Below, in pieces: positions 37,164 to 50,200 of a stretch of DNA of 64,000 nt; position 1 is the first letter of the stretch, and the number at the start of each line of letters is the position of its first letter. The DNA comes from Tricharina praecox (taxonomy: Eukaryota), in assembly GCF_024521635.1 (NCBI RefSeq), contig NW_026250404.1, positions 372,001 to 436,000 of the forward strand, read 5' to 3'. The translations under genes were made by a program, and so were the position numbers. The notes under the pieces are model-generated. The model worked only from the letters and a program-made list of their open reading frames with translations, ran no database searches and was not told the DNA's origin.

Positions 37164-38204
37164 CAAGACCCTCTCCGCGAGGCAGCGAGACACATCAAGA
37201 ATCCTCCGAGACTCTGGCAGGTTGAGAAAGAGAAAAGGAAAGAGAAACAGAAAAGAAAAAAAAGAAAATCAATTATTAAAAATCGATCTTTTTTTCTTCT
37301 TCTGATCTTTTCCTTATTTTTTGGTGTTGTGGTTGGTTGGTTGCGGTAGATTTCCGACTTGTGTGCACGAAAGCCCGGTGTGCTTTTTTGTACGCCTTTT
37401 CAGAAAAAATTATATGCGCACGGAAATTGGGGTGGGTACACGCGACGAAGAGAGTGAAGAAGAGAGCGTGAGTTGTTGGGTAGAAGTGTCGGTGCTGGTC
37501 GCTATGTCGCTCTCAGTGTCGCTATGTCGCTATGGCGGTCGGTCGCTATGGTCGCTAAGCGAGGCAGAAGTTCGCCCCCCTGAAAAGAACAGATATATCA
37601 GCAACAGAGGCACCACGACGCCGAAAGCCATCGTGATTTCGAGGGCGATGGGCAGAGGGGGCACGTCGGAGCGACTCACAGGTGGTATTTTCGTGGGCAA
37701 CGAGGTTTTGGTTGAGGGCGGGCGGGCGGGCGAAGGAGCGGGGGAACGGTGACGTTTCGGATGAGGGTTAGGGTTCGTAGCTGAGTTGTGAGTGGAAGGA
37801 CTGAAGAGCCGCCGGCTGAGAGTTCGAAGAGGGGCTTGTTTGCGGCGGAGTGGGTTGGGTGCGAAGGTGAGTTGGGGGCGCTGGTGTTGAGGGGGCGGAA
37901 TGCGAGTACGACAATGGGACACGTGACGATGGATGTGATAACCTAGGGTTGGGGGCGATAACACGGATCAGGGATCGCGAATACGAGCTGAGCTGAGCTT
38001 GGGCTTGGTGATCTTATCCGATCATATCATCTGCTGCCGTGCACGTGCTGCAGACTCCATCGGGCCTACTCTGCCCAATTTCGTAGCCTAGCTATATGCG
38101 GGCTACGGTCTTCGAGAAAAAGTTTGGAATTGCATGTAACTCAAAACTCGCCTCGACATCGTCCGTCAATTCTTCACAGCTCACAATTTACATCACACAT
38201 CACA

Positions 38205-39719
38205 ATGGTTAAGAGAAAGAGAGATATTGCCCCTGCTACTGCTACGGCGACGCCTGCTGCTGCAACGGAAGCAGTCTCCACCAACACGGAAACTACAACT
38301 TCGGCCAGCGCAACCGTTCACCTTCAGATCGTCACAGGAACCTACGAAAAGACTCTCCATGGCTTCATTGTAAACATTCCACCTCCCACCAGCACTCCTG
38401 CCACTGGCACAACTACCAGCGACGACATCGCCCTCCCCGCCACCTTCACCGACACCTTCCTCTTCGCCGCACACACCTCGCCGCTGCGCACGCTCGCCAT
38501 TTCTCCCGCAGGCCCCAACACCAAAAAGCGCATCCTCGCTACCTCTTCCGCCGACGAGCGGATAAACCTTTACACACTCTCGACACGCCTCCCGCCCGTC
38601 TCGTCCAACTCCCTTCTCAAGCCGCTCTCCGGGCGCAATCGCCACCTTGGAACCCTCCACAACCACCTCAACACCCCGACATCCCTCATCTTCACGCCGA
38701 ACCGTAACAAGTTCCTCAGCGCCGGCGCCGATGGTCAAATACAGATCCTGCGCACCCGGGATTGGGGCGTGCTCTCCACGCTGAAAGTCCCCAAGCCCAA
38801 GGCGAAGCCCGTAAATTACGTCAAGGACTACGGCGAGGGCTATGGCCCGCGCATCGACGCCTTCGGTAGCGAGGGATACGGCGGTGGCAGCGGCGCAGTA
38901 AATGATATCGCCCTTCACCCGTCACAAAAGATTTTACTATCTGTGGGCGCTGGAGAGAGGGCAGTGCGTATGTGGAATCTTATGACGGGACGCAAGGCGG
39001 GTGTCCTTGCCTTTGGAAAGGAAGTGCTACCACCGAGGATCGGGAAAGAGGGGATGCGGGTTGAGTGGGCGGCCGATGGTGAATCGTATGCTGTCGCCTT
39101 TGACCGTGGTGTCATCGTCTTCGGAATGGACTCTAAGCCGAGGGTGCGGATTGAGACTAGTGGGAAAAGCAAGATCCACATGATGCGATTTGTCCAGGTC
39201 CCCAAGGGACTGCTTGGGCAGGAGACAGAGGAAGTCCTGGCCCTCTCCACGGAGGATGGACGGATGCTATTTTACTCTACTACCGCCGAGGAATTGGATT
39301 CCCCCATCTTGCTGGGAACTCTGGGCGGAAGGAGTATGGGCATGCCCGGTCGCGTCAAGGACTTCATCGTTATGCGCGCCGAGGGCAGGATATTCGTTAT
39401 AACCGCCGGAAGCGATGGTGTGGTCCGTGTGTTTGATCTCTGTGGCGAGGGAAGCGGGATCGAGGTGGTGGAGGAGGATGAGGCCGAAGGCGGTGCCGAA
39501 AAGAAGGCGAAGACGGAGGGATTGGAAGAGAAGAAGGGGGATAGACAAGTGGGCAAATTGGTGGGTATGTATGAGACGGCGAGGAGGATTACGTGTATGA
39601 CCGCCATGCTTATGCAGGAGGGTGGCGAGGAGGAGCAAGAGGATGAAGAGATGGGAGAGGCTGGCGAAGGGGAGGAGGAGGAGAGTAGTGATGAGGAGAG
39701 CGATAACGATAACGAGTAG
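38205..39719 (+). CDS. MAK11: WD40 60S ribosome biogenesis factor Mak11/PAK1IP1, 504 aa, single exon
   Basis: Motifs LQIVTGTYEKTLHGF, FLFAAHTS, RILATSSADERINLY, HPSQKILLSVG and RMWNLMTGRKAGVL, plus an acidic tail. ATG at 38205 (MVKRKR). Confidence 0.92.
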   Translation: MVKRKRDIAPATATATPAAATEAVSTNTETTTSASATVHLQIVTGTYEKTLHGFIVNIPPPTSTPATGTTTSDDIALPATFTDTFLFAAHTSPLRTLAISPAGPNTKKRILATSSADERINLYTLSTRLPPVSSNSLLKPLSGRNRHLGTLHNHLNTPTSLIFTPNRNKFLSAGADGQIQILRTRDWGVLSTLKVPKPKAKPVNYVKDYGEGYGPRIDAFGSEGYGGGSGAVNDIALHPSQKILLSVGAGERAVRMWNLMTGRKAGVLAFGKEVLPPRIGKEGMRVEWAADGESYAVAFDRGVIVFGMDSKPRVRIETSGKSKIHMMRFVQVPKGLLGQETEEVLALSTEDGRMLFYSTTAEELDSPILLGTLGGRSMGMPGRVKDFIVMRAEGRIFVITAGSDGVVRVFDLCGEGSGIEVVEEDEAEGGAEKKAKTEGLEEKKGDRQVGKLVGMYETARRITCMTAMLMQEGGEEEQEDEEMGEAGEGEEEESSDEESDNDNE

Positions 39720-39878
39720 ATTTACCTCGAATAATCAATACCAAAAGGCGTTTCCTCTAGCATGTATGATAATTTACAATGAATTGATTATACCACTGTA
39801 CTTGCCCGGCTCTGGGTTTGGATCTACCTACATTTATGGATCATGAACTTGACCATCAAACACACGTCCAATCCCCTT

Positions 39879-42016
39879 CTAAAACTCCATTCCACTGTCC
39901 CCGGTCATCCTCTTCCATTGCACCGACATCCCCGCCACCGGCACCCCATTGATCTTCTCCCAATCTTCCACCACCTCACCACCAGTTGCAACAACCCTCC
40001 GTCCATAGCTCGCAACGGCCTCCGTATCCCTCAAACCCCTGAGCTCAGCAAACACCTGCTCAGTAGTGCCCTCTGCACCACCATTACTCCTCCACTTCGC
40101 ATTCCCCTCGACAACAGTCCCCATCTTTCCACCACTCCCAATGGCCACACCGTCAGTCCACTTACCGTCCCCAGCGGTACTCTCTCCGAGGCGGATCGTC
40201 GCCTCCAGGGCAAAGTAATCCTTACTGGGAATAAAAGTGGTCTCCAATATGAACGGGTGATGGCGGTAACTCCTCGCGCCGTGGTGTGCCGTGGTCTCGG
40301 ATCCACTGGTGGAGGTGGAAACGAATTGTATATTACCTCCGGCAGTTAGGCGCATGAGCGAGTCGTAGTGTGCGCCTTGGATCCAGGTGGATGTGGTGTT
40401 TCCAGCTGAGGTGGTAAGCGTAGAGACCGCGATAACGTTTCTGGCCGCGCGATGGGTGAGAAGCAGGGTGGAATTGCTGCCGTTGTTGGGGTCTTGAACC
40501 AGCTGTGGGTTCATGTAAATCGCCAAGTCTGAGGTGTAATGCTGGTGCAGTGTTCCGGTGGTTTTCCAGGAGGGGACAGGATCGGTCCAGATGTGTAGGC
40601 GGGCGGAGACGAGCCAGTCGTTGCCGAGAGAACGGGAGATTTTGCCAGCGGCGGTGGAGGAGTGGGTGAACATTGCAAGTTCGATCGTATGGTTCTGGCC
40701 ATCCAGCAGTACTGGGAGGAAGGGCGAAATATCGATTTCGTACTCTGGGAGGTCGAAGGAGCCTGGTGCTACGATTGGCCGCCAGAGTGAGGGAACGATG
40801 CCGCCAGTGAAGACGGTGATGGCTGGCCAGACGAAGCCGGCGAGGGAGCCATCGATCAGGAGCTGTAGCTCTCGGAAGGGACCATGACCAGAAAGTCCAT
40901 TATCTGGGAATGTGTGCGTGTATTCATTGGGCACGTTTGTGTACCAGAACTCCTCGTCCGCGTTGCCGGAGGCAGAGATGGAAGCTACAACACGGATTGC
41001 GTTGGCTGGGATAACAGGTGTGGAAATGGCTTTTTCTTGCGGGAGAAAAAAGTGGGAAGGCTGATCCTGGCCACTACGCCGAGCGGAAATTGGGAGAATT
41101 ACATCTGCTGGCTGAAGAGGCGATAATGGGGCCGGCGAATAGTAGGTGGCTGTCAGAGTCACGTTAAACGAGCCAGTATAGACGTCGTTGACGAGATTGC
41201 CCAGGTCGAAGATAATCTTCTGAGGCTGCCGCAGGAGCGCTGTCAGATGTGTCATGTCCTTGGAATAGCTACTGAATATTAGTGGAGCTCTGTTGCAAGC
41301 AGTCTCGATACTCCCATACCTAGACACAATTCCGAACCACGTTGGTTCTGCAGTCGATGTCCGCCACACTTCGATATCTCCCAGATACAAGTGTCCCAGC
41401 CGATCAAACTGGCGACCCTTCGACGTCATGGTTAATTTGAAGATGACATTCTTCCATTCACAGTCTCTCGGTGGCGTATATTCTCCTACGAGACATCAGT
41501 ACACCACCGGCCACAAGATACGATCTACCAGCACCCACCAATAAACGGCTTCCCATAGCTCCATCCAAAGGTATGTTGCATCAACACGCTTCGGCAATCC
41601 TCCTTCTTCTCCCCACTACCTTTCGCTGCTACCGCCGCCCGTTCTTCAGGCGTACCGACCAGCAGCTTTGCCGTCGCCCGCGGCGGCGTGTGCACCTGAA
41701 ACACCTCCAACGGCGCCCTCTCGGCCTCCTGCTCCTCCCCCTCGGTCCAGGAAGTGGCTGTAGCCCGCTCACAATATGGGAGAGCCCTAAGTTTCCAGAA
41801 CCGCAGATGGCAGGCTTCGCGGAGGATCGCGTATGCCGGAGGAGCTACATCTATGGGAGTCGCTGCCGAGGTTGCAGGCGTGGACCTGAGAGATACCACT
41901 GTGTAAAGGAAGACGCCGAAGAAGAGAACCGGAAGAATGATCCGCCAAGTAGTAACTGATGGGCGTCGCGATCGTGAAGACGAGGCGGCGGTGGGGATGA
42001 GCTTTTCCGAATCCAT
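39879..42016 (-). CDS. Peptide-N4-(N-acetyl-beta-glucosaminyl)asparagine amidase A (PNGase A) family, ~678 aa, N-terminal membrane anchor
   Basis: Motifs LMQHTFGWSYGKPF, KGRQFDRL, VWRTSTAEP, EEFWYTNVP, GPFRELQLLIDG and FTGGIVPSLWRPI. Introns 41538-41486 and 41319-41272 (the latter in frame). Confidence 0.9.
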
Positions 42017-42960
42017 TATCGTCGCCTTTTGGAAGTGGTGAGGTTTCTCGAGGGAAGTATCAGGTTGGCTGGGGTAGCTACTATATGCCGGGGGCGGCTG
42101 GAGCTGCACCTAGGTACTAGTAGCTGCCGCGCGATAACGACTTCAGCCATGGGCCGGAACGGAGTTTGGTTTCTCCGAAGCGATAATTTCTTGAGGAAAT
42201 TTTGTGGGTAAGATCCGTATGAGATTCCACTACCTCTCTCCTCTCCCCGGTGTGTTCAGGTCAGAGGTCTACTCGAGTAGTGGCCATCAGGTGGCATGGA
42301 CGAGTGCTATTCGGTGCCTGGATGGGTCTTGAACCCCCCATGAGGCTAAGTAAGCACTGAATAATCTGATCGTCCGGCAGCATCTAATCAATCATATTCA
42401 AAGTGGGGCCCAGCTAGCGGGATATGCAGATGCAACACTTTATGGTGAGCACAAGTCTCACCTTCTTCTCCCCCGCGTTAAACGTGACCCCTCGGCCAAT
42501 AACAACTCACTATCCTGTCGTTAATTGCAACCGCCAACCCCCCCACGAGAACATTGCCCTGTCTTCGAGTTGGGACGCGTTCTGACCCCTCGACCCCCCT
42601 TCTGCGAACGACCACACACCACAACCACTACTATCACCACCACCACCACCACCACCACCACCACCACCACCACCTCTAGATCAAGGAGAAGGGAAGAGAA
42701 GAAGCCTCTTCTTCTTCGTTCAAACTCTCATCCCTTTTCTCTGCTATCTACTCGCCTTCCTCCAACTTTAACCCGACATCAACCGCCCCGACCGGAGAAG
42801 CTGGAGTTTCTTGCCTGGTAAACCGTTCCCACGCGTTCCCCGGCCTTGATCAGAAAACCCTCTCCGCTGAGCAGCCATCACCTCACTCAGCACCTACGTT
42901 CTACCGACAACTAAGTGCCTCGGAGGTTTCTACTACTTCACAGCTTCAACCATCTCCACG

Positions 42961-44919
42961 ATGTCACCTATATCTATCGACTCACTGCCACCGGAGCTCC
43001 TGCGAATGATCCTCTCCGCAGATCCGAATCCGGAACGTCGCGTGGTCACCCCGCCGGTTAATCCATCGGTCCCTCTCTACTCACGGCCGACGAACCCTTA
43101 CTACGCCACCCACCGCTCCTACCTCGCTCTGCGTCTCGTCTGCCGTACATGGAGCTCCATCATCACGCCCTTCGCCTTCGGCCACGTTCTGATCGGGAGC
43201 ATGGAGGCATCGCTGAAACGCCTGACCCTCATTTCCAATGACCAGAACCTGCGCCATTACGTTAAAAGCTATGAGTACTCTTTCTGGCGCGAGGGCTTCC
43301 CACAATCCCTGCAGCAGGAGTACCTCTACATCGAGTCTCTGCCCGATGAGCTAAAGGAACAGGGCTATGACCGCCTAGATGTTGGGAACGACATACGCAA
43401 TAGAATCGCGCATTACGCTGCCCAGCTCGAGTTTGAGCGCAGTGGCGAGGTGGCGCGCGGCCACTTGGACGCTTTCCCGAAGCTCCCCAACTTGGACCGG
43501 CTGAGCCTCTCAATTGGCCCGCTCGGTGCTTCACATGTCTCGGACCTGCCGTCGCGTTGCTGTCGCTGGGTCCCGGCAATGGTGCAGGCGTTTTTGCGAG
43601 CTCTCGGGGAGCGTCGGACGCAGAGCGGCGTACAGCCGATCCGCCATTTGGGACTCGAGGGGTTGACGAGTGAGTGTTTTCTAATGCCCCCGTCGACGGT
43701 GCAGGCTGCGCTACGCGGGTTCGAGACGTTACATGGCATCAAGATTTCAATCGGGGGCATGAGCGAGTCTGCGACGACGCTGCTCGGCCGGTTCATACAG
43801 AGCGCGAAACAGCTGCGGAGCATCGACCTACAGCGGATAGGCAATATTAGTGACGGAGTACCCAACCTACTTTTGCGGTCCTTCGTCTCGCCGGCAAAGG
43901 TGGACATGTCGTGCAAAGCGCGGGGAATAAACCCGCCTCCGATCGTCCGCTGGCCGGAGCTGACATCGTTGTCGATATGCGAGTTCATTTTCACGCCTGC
44001 ACTCCTGACAGAGTTTATGCAGTACCATCCGACCTTACGGACATTGAGAATCGACAACTGTTTCCTCAAGCCAACTGACATTATCCCGTGTCCTCACCAC
44101 CTTCACTCCGCCTCGTCCCCTCTTCCGGACGAAGAATCAGACCCATCAATCCGGCCAGAGAGGCAGACCTGGCAGCACGTTCTCCGCACCATCGCGGCAC
44201 TCCGCAAAAAGCCGCTGGAACACGTGTACCTAATAAATCTCGGCTCGGGTGACACGGACCACACGCACATATCCAACATCGAATTGGCGGAATGGAGTGC
44301 TTTCCTGACGGGCAAACGTACCGACGAGCCAGAGCCCCTTGATGGTGAAGAAGGCTGGTGTGCAATATGCAATCCTGACCCCGATGACGACTTGTACCAG
44401 GCGTATTGGGGCCCGCACTTCGGTATCGACACCGACAGCGAAGAGGACCTCAGCGATAGCGAGAGCGACCTCAGCGACCTCGGCGACAGCGACATTGTTG
44501 GTGGCGACAATGGCCTCTCCAACAGTAGCGATAGCAGCACCGACGATAGTGGCAGCGAGAGTGAAGCTCCCTTAATGTGGTTATCGACAAGCGTCGGTGT
44601 TGGTGGTTTTGTCGAGAGCTCCAGTAGCAATGCTCCTTCACCCAGCAGCGTAGCCAACGGACCCTTTCTCGACCCCCCCATCTTCGAGCCTCCCATCCCC
44701 TTTGAAGAAATTGACGAGGACGACGATGACGATACAGTAACGGAGTGTGGATATGGATACGGTCAACCCGATGTTACACAGGAGGACGAGGACGAAGCGG
44801 GTAACCTGCGGGACCCAAACAATTACGAGGATGAGGAGGCTCGATGGGATTCACGCCACAATACTCTCGACCACGGCTCCTACGAGTCTGACGATGATGA
44901 TGCGGGCAGCGGTCACTAG
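42961..44919 (+). CDS. F-box-like / LRR-like protein with acidic C-terminus, 652 aa
   Basis: Long single ORF with N-terminal IDSLPPELLRMIL...LRLVCRTWSSI (split F-box motif) and LRR-like LxxLxL repeats. Confidence 0.8.
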   Translation: MSPISIDSLPPELLRMILSADPNPERRVVTPPVNPSVPLYSRPTNPYYATHRSYLALRLVCRTWSSIITPFAFGHVLIGSMEASLKRLTLISNDQNLRHYVKSYEYSFWREGFPQSLQQEYLYIESLPDELKEQGYDRLDVGNDIRNRIAHYAAQLEFERSGEVARGHLDAFPKLPNLDRLSLSIGPLGASHVSDLPSRCCRWVPAMVQAFLRALGERRTQSGVQPIRHLGLEGLTSECFLMPPSTVQAALRGFETLHGIKISIGGMSESATTLLGRFIQSAKQLRSIDLQRIGNISDGVPNLLLRSFVSPAKVDMSCKARGINPPPIVRWPELTSLSICEFIFTPALLTEFMQYHPTLRTLRIDNCFLKPTDIIPCPHHLHSASSPLPDEESDPSIRPERQTWQHVLRTIAALRKKPLEHVYLINLGSGDTDHTHISNIELAEWSAFLTGKRTDEPEPLDGEEGWCAICNPDPDDDLYQAYWGPHFGIDTDSEEDLSDSESDLSDLGDSDIVGGDNGLSNSSDSSTDDSGSESEAPLMWLSTSVGVGGFVESSSSNAPSPSSVANGPFLDPPIFEPPIPFEEIDEDDDDDTVTECGYGYGQPDVTQEDEDEAGNLRDPNNYEDEEARWDSRHNTLDHGSYESDDDDAGSGH

Positions 44920-47287
44920 GGTCCCTTTTTTTCATTCGGTTTGCTTTTTTCTAGTTTCTTTTCCTTTTACTTTTTCCTTTTCTCGCGAGAAGAGTGGGTG
45001 CGTTTACGTTCGATAATTCTTCTTTTACCAAATGTAGTCAGTGATTTCTTTCTTTCTTTTTTCTTTCCTTGGATTTTTCTTGGATGGCGGGGGGCGGGGG
45101 GGACTGCTGCATCATTACTCGTACTTCGGATTGGGTTGGTTTGGGGGCCGCGCTGGCTGTTGCGTTTTTTCTGGATTGAAAGTTGGTTTTTTTTTTGTTT
45201 CGCTGGTATGATATGTATTGTACTTCACTTTGCTAGGACGCTGTGAAGCAGCTGTACTGTACGTATACTGGTAGTGCAAGTACTATGATTGGTGCAACGC
45301 CGATACATAAAAAGTATGCATGGCAAACTTGGGCAATGGGCAATGGGTATTACCTGTGCTCTCTATGAAAATTGCGGTGTGGAGACAGTCGAGGACCCAC
45401 CCGTCATTGAAACATGCGGTCGTGAACAGAAACATGACGACAGGTACACACTCAATGCCTTTGGGTGGCATCATGTGATCGGCTAATGAAGGAGAAATGG
45501 GTATATCTATCTGGCACACGCTACAACTGTTTGTAGAAACATCCGGATATTTACCACCGGGGCGTTTGATCTTGACTTACGCAGACATCGTAGAGATCGG
45601 AGCCGCACCCGCGGAAAAGCCGAGATCTCCAATCAATACGTTCGCCAGCTCTGTAAATTCCAGAGCAAGAACCGTTTTCCACATACTCCGCAGTTCGGTA
45701 GCAGCGCCCATGAATTATACACCCAAAGTATGCACCAGTCGTGTGACGACCCTCTGTAATCCGAAGGTTACATACGGCAAAATCGGAACTCGCTTGTACA
45801 TAGGGTGTCCTTAAGCCTTCGAGCATGATCAAGAATCACGTACGTACGGTTCCACTTCGATCCGAATTTGCCGGTGGAAGGATCGATCGGCTAGATACCT
45901 GTAACCTACCCAGTACATAGGCTGCGTCATAGGCACTCACTCACTCCCTCCTTCCTGGCAAGGGAATGGAAGGGATGGAAGGGATGCGGATGGATAGAAG
46001 GGATGGATGCGAAAAGGAAGGGATGCGGATGGCAAAATCACGTGCAAGAAAGTTACGTTACCACACATGTGCGTTACGTTGGGCATCTAGATCAGGAAGG
46101 GCGCCCAACAACTTGTGGAGCATGCCGCCCACTGCCCGGAAGCACAATACGCGCATTCTCACTGGACCGACGATGGACTGCGGCACGTCACCGACGGGTG
46201 GGTATTCTGCTTTGCTTGCGCTCTGTCGAGGTGGGAAGAGCTGAGTGCGTACTACAGTTACAGCTCATGGAAAAAAAAGCTGGTGGTATGAGAGTAAAGT
46301 AAAGTAAAGTGAAGTGCTTTGTGATTTGTGCTTTGTGGGGTACCTAAGATGTACAGGGTGATGATGATTTTTTTTCTTCTTCTTCTTTCTTTCCTGCTTT
46401 CTTCCCTTCTTCTTTTTTCCCCCCCTTCCAGTTCTCATTCTCAGATCCAACCATAGACGGAGACGAGTAATATATAGACGAGAGTTGAAACTCGGGATTC
46501 GACGGGAGTCTAGACGAACAGAGTGTGGAGTTAAATATTTTTTTAGAGCGAACAGCAGAGACGGGTTCATGCAAGTAGGCGTAGTTTCTTCAGGAACGGA
46601 GAGAGAACTTCGACAGCTCCGCTCGTTTGGAGCGAAGCGAAGAAAAAAAGGTCCAGGTTCGTTTCGGGGGTGGGAATAGCCAATCAGAAGTTGGATGGCC
46701 CACCCCATACCATTCCTGCCATCCATCCAGCTTGATTTCTTGCTCCGGAGGTGCTGGCCGCTGGCGTGGAAGAAGAGGCGGAATGGATGAAGTGGAAAAA
46801 GGTAAGCAGAGCAAAGCAGAGCAAAGCAGAGCAAAGCAACGCCGCGCAGCCAAGTTGCTCTCACACCTGCAAGCATCTGTCCAGCCTGCTGCCCACACAC
46901 CACCACCCCGACCCTCGCCCACACCACCATAAACTCGATCGCCCATCGAACCATCGACCACCACCACCAGAACCCACAACTACTACCACTTACGCTACTG
47001 TTACCACCACCACCCACCTCTACCACCACCTCCACTACCACCTCCACCTCCACCACCGACGACGACGACAGTCACCATTCTTTCGACAACTCGCTCGGCG
47101 CTTGCTTAACTACCACTACCAGGTACTACTACCACCACCCGACAGCACTCCTTCACAGAGCACATCACCCCCCACCCAGAACGGTGTTTTGTAGTCGACT
47201 TTTCGCGGCCTGCGACTGTCCTGGACAGGAGAGATACCGCCCCCCCTCAATACCACTATTACCCGGTCCACACGATCAGCTCGCAAC

Positions 47288-50200
47288 ATGCGCCAGCTCC
47301 GGCCTGGCGCTCGTGAGTCCGGTCATGTCCTCTCGTACCTGCTCGCACTGTTATGCTTTTTCTCCACAATCTCGTATGCCAAAGGTGCCGACCACCGATC
47401 CTCATCGCGTGTCGAGAATTCGGGCGCAACCGAGCCTCGTGCCCTCGGTACACAACCTCCCAAGGAGCTAGCTGTCGTCACTGCTCGACGCGGCGACGGT
47501 GGTAGTAGTAACGATTATGTCCCCGGTTATGGCGGAATTCGCGCGAGGGGTAGCATGGTCGGGAGTTATCTGGGAAAGCACCGGAGCTTGGATGATTACG
47601 AGGTTGAGGATTTCGTCCTGATGTCGACTGTGAACGGCACCCTCAGTGCTCGGGACAGGAAGACGGGCAAGGAGCGATGGCAGATCCATACCGAGGACGC
47701 GGCTGTGCAGACTATCAACCATCGCGCAAACACGACGGAGCAGGAGGATGCTATGACTTGGATTGTGGAACCGTCGGAGGACGGCGAATTGTTTTTCTAC
47801 ACGCCCGAAGGCGGATTGGAGGTATTGCCCGGATGCTCGCCCGCTAGCTCGGGATTTCGCGGGGATTTATCTCCGACGAGAAAAAAATATGCTGACGTGC
47901 ATGCCCGCCATTGTAGAAGCTAGAGATAACTGTCAAGGACATCATTCATTCCACTCCTTATATGCCCCCCGGCGCCGATACGGTCTACAACGGCGCGAAG
48001 AACACTACGACGTATGCGATCAATGCTAGGACCGGTGTTATCCAACGGGTGTTCAGCACTGGCGGTGTGTCGGGTGTCGTCAACGACAGGAAATGCAAGA
48101 CCACGACGAAGCTATCGGACATGGATGACGAATGCGATTCGACAGAGGGTGCCGATAAGATCATCATGCTCGGAAGAACTGGTATGGTGCTGTGTAGGAT
48201 CATATGAGTACGACGTTCTAACAATTACCGCCAGAATACACCATCAGGATTCAACGCTGGTCTACCGCCGAGCTCTTGTGGACTATCAAATTTAACGAAT
48301 GGAGCCCCAATAATAGCGATCTTGACCTGAGAGCACAATATCAACGTCCACTCGATAATCGCTATATCTACAGCCAGCACGACGGCACGATTTTTGGCTT
48401 CGATGACGCAGGTGAGGAGTCTCGCTCGTATTGGACTACCTAGCCGACTAGATGTTGACGAGAATTAGATTCGACCGGCGTGAGACCTCCGAAGTATCAC
48501 GCAATGCTTGAGTCCCCCGTAGTCCGGATATTCGATGTTGTCCGGCCGCTCTCTAACCCGGCGTCCTACGATCTTTTAATCCTCCCACAGCCATCGATCC
48601 GGACGAAGAAAGATGAAGAAGCAAGTGAAGGTAATACCTTTGTGGGGTGCACTCAGAACGGTGGATGGTATGCATTGTCGGAAACCAACTTCCCATATGT
48701 CACACGACAAGCCTCCGATGCCGATTGCTACAAAGAGGGACGTGCGTGGAAGAGTCTACCAATACCGGAGCGGGAGCAGTCTTTGGTTGGCATCCACAAG
48801 GTGCACTCTATCAATCACCAAGAGCATTACCAGCCGCGGCTTCCGGCACCTCCGCCCAAGGCTCTCGATGGCAACCATTCACCGACACCCCCGCAACCGT
48901 CCATCCACACGCTTCCACCCACAATTACGCACAACTCGGCAACATTGCTCACATGCCTCATCATGATACTGGCACTGATCCCGGTCCTGATCTACGCTGC
49001 TCCGGCAAATGTTCGCAACTTGGTCAAGGCTAAGACTACTTCGGTTCTGCCGAAAGGATTTAAGTCGGACCACCCTTGGCTGTTCCCCGAGGATCAGCCA
49101 TTGCTCGAGTCAATTCCTGAACCATCGCCACCAAAGGTACAAGAGCCGATAGAGATCATTGAGGTTCCGGAGCCGGTCGAAGTTAAGGCCGAAGTCAAGG
49201 TCGTGGAGGAACAGCTAGAGGAACAGAAGCTTGTGGTGGCGGACCAGAAACCTTTAGGGGAAGAAAAGGCTTCCGAAGACGAACAAGCGCCGGAGGAATT
49301 GAAGCCCGTTGAATTGAAGCCCGATGAAAGCCCAATTGCAGATGCTGTGCAGGGGGACGTGGAATTGAACGCGGACGGGACAAAGGCAGTCAGGTTCCGA
49401 GAGCCCGAAAACGTCGAAGAAGCGAACCCGGGGGTTGTTGCCGTTGCAGATGATAATGTTGAAGTGGAAGCTGTACCGACGACGCCAAGGAAAAAGCCCT
49501 ATAAGCGTGGACGACGGGGAGGGAAGAAAAAGTCCAACAAAGATCAAACAAATCAGTTGGATGACGGGGCCAACGGCAATGGGGGGCCGCTCGAGACTGT
49601 GACTGAGAATGCTGCGGTGGTTAGTAGGGGAGGGCAGGTGACGGTACTTTCGACCGGCAGGGTAGAACCAGATGCGAGCGGTGGTTACCATATTTTGAAT
49701 AGTTTGGAGATTTGGGAGGATGAGCTGTTAGGTTTGTTTGTTCTTGCGTTGTGTGTATTTTGTCACTAACGCTGTGCAGGTACTGGAAGTCAGGGAACTA
49801 CAGTCCACCGAGGATGCTGGGAGGGCAAGGCTGTTGCTGTCAAGCGGATGCTCACACACCACGTTGATCTTGCATCAAGAGAGGTAAAAACTTTACAAGA
49901 TGCCGACTTTCATCCAAACATCGTTCGGTACTTCTGCCAGCAACAGCAGAACCAGTTCCTTTACATCGCTCTGGAATTGTGTGTAGCATCGGTCTTTGAT
50001 GTCGTCACCAAAGTCGAGCAACACCGAGAATACCACGATTTGCTGGATCCCGTCGATGCGCTGGGGCAGATGTTGAATGGCCTGCATCACTTACACACCC
50101 TCAAGATCGTCCACCGGGACATCAAGCCGCAGAACATTCTCGTTGCACCGCCAAATCCTCGGTCCAAGCGTCCACGATACTTGATCTCGGATTTTGGTCT

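Noticed and set aside
37763..37773. Interstitial telomere-like GGGTTAGGGTT
   Set aside because: Fewer than two units in a G-rich promoter region and not flanked by TER-like structure that I could see; uninformative.
38114..38126. RRPE-like motif upstream of MAK11 (GAAAAAGTTT)
   Set aside because: Imperfect match to TGAAAAWTTT and too short to support without comparative data.
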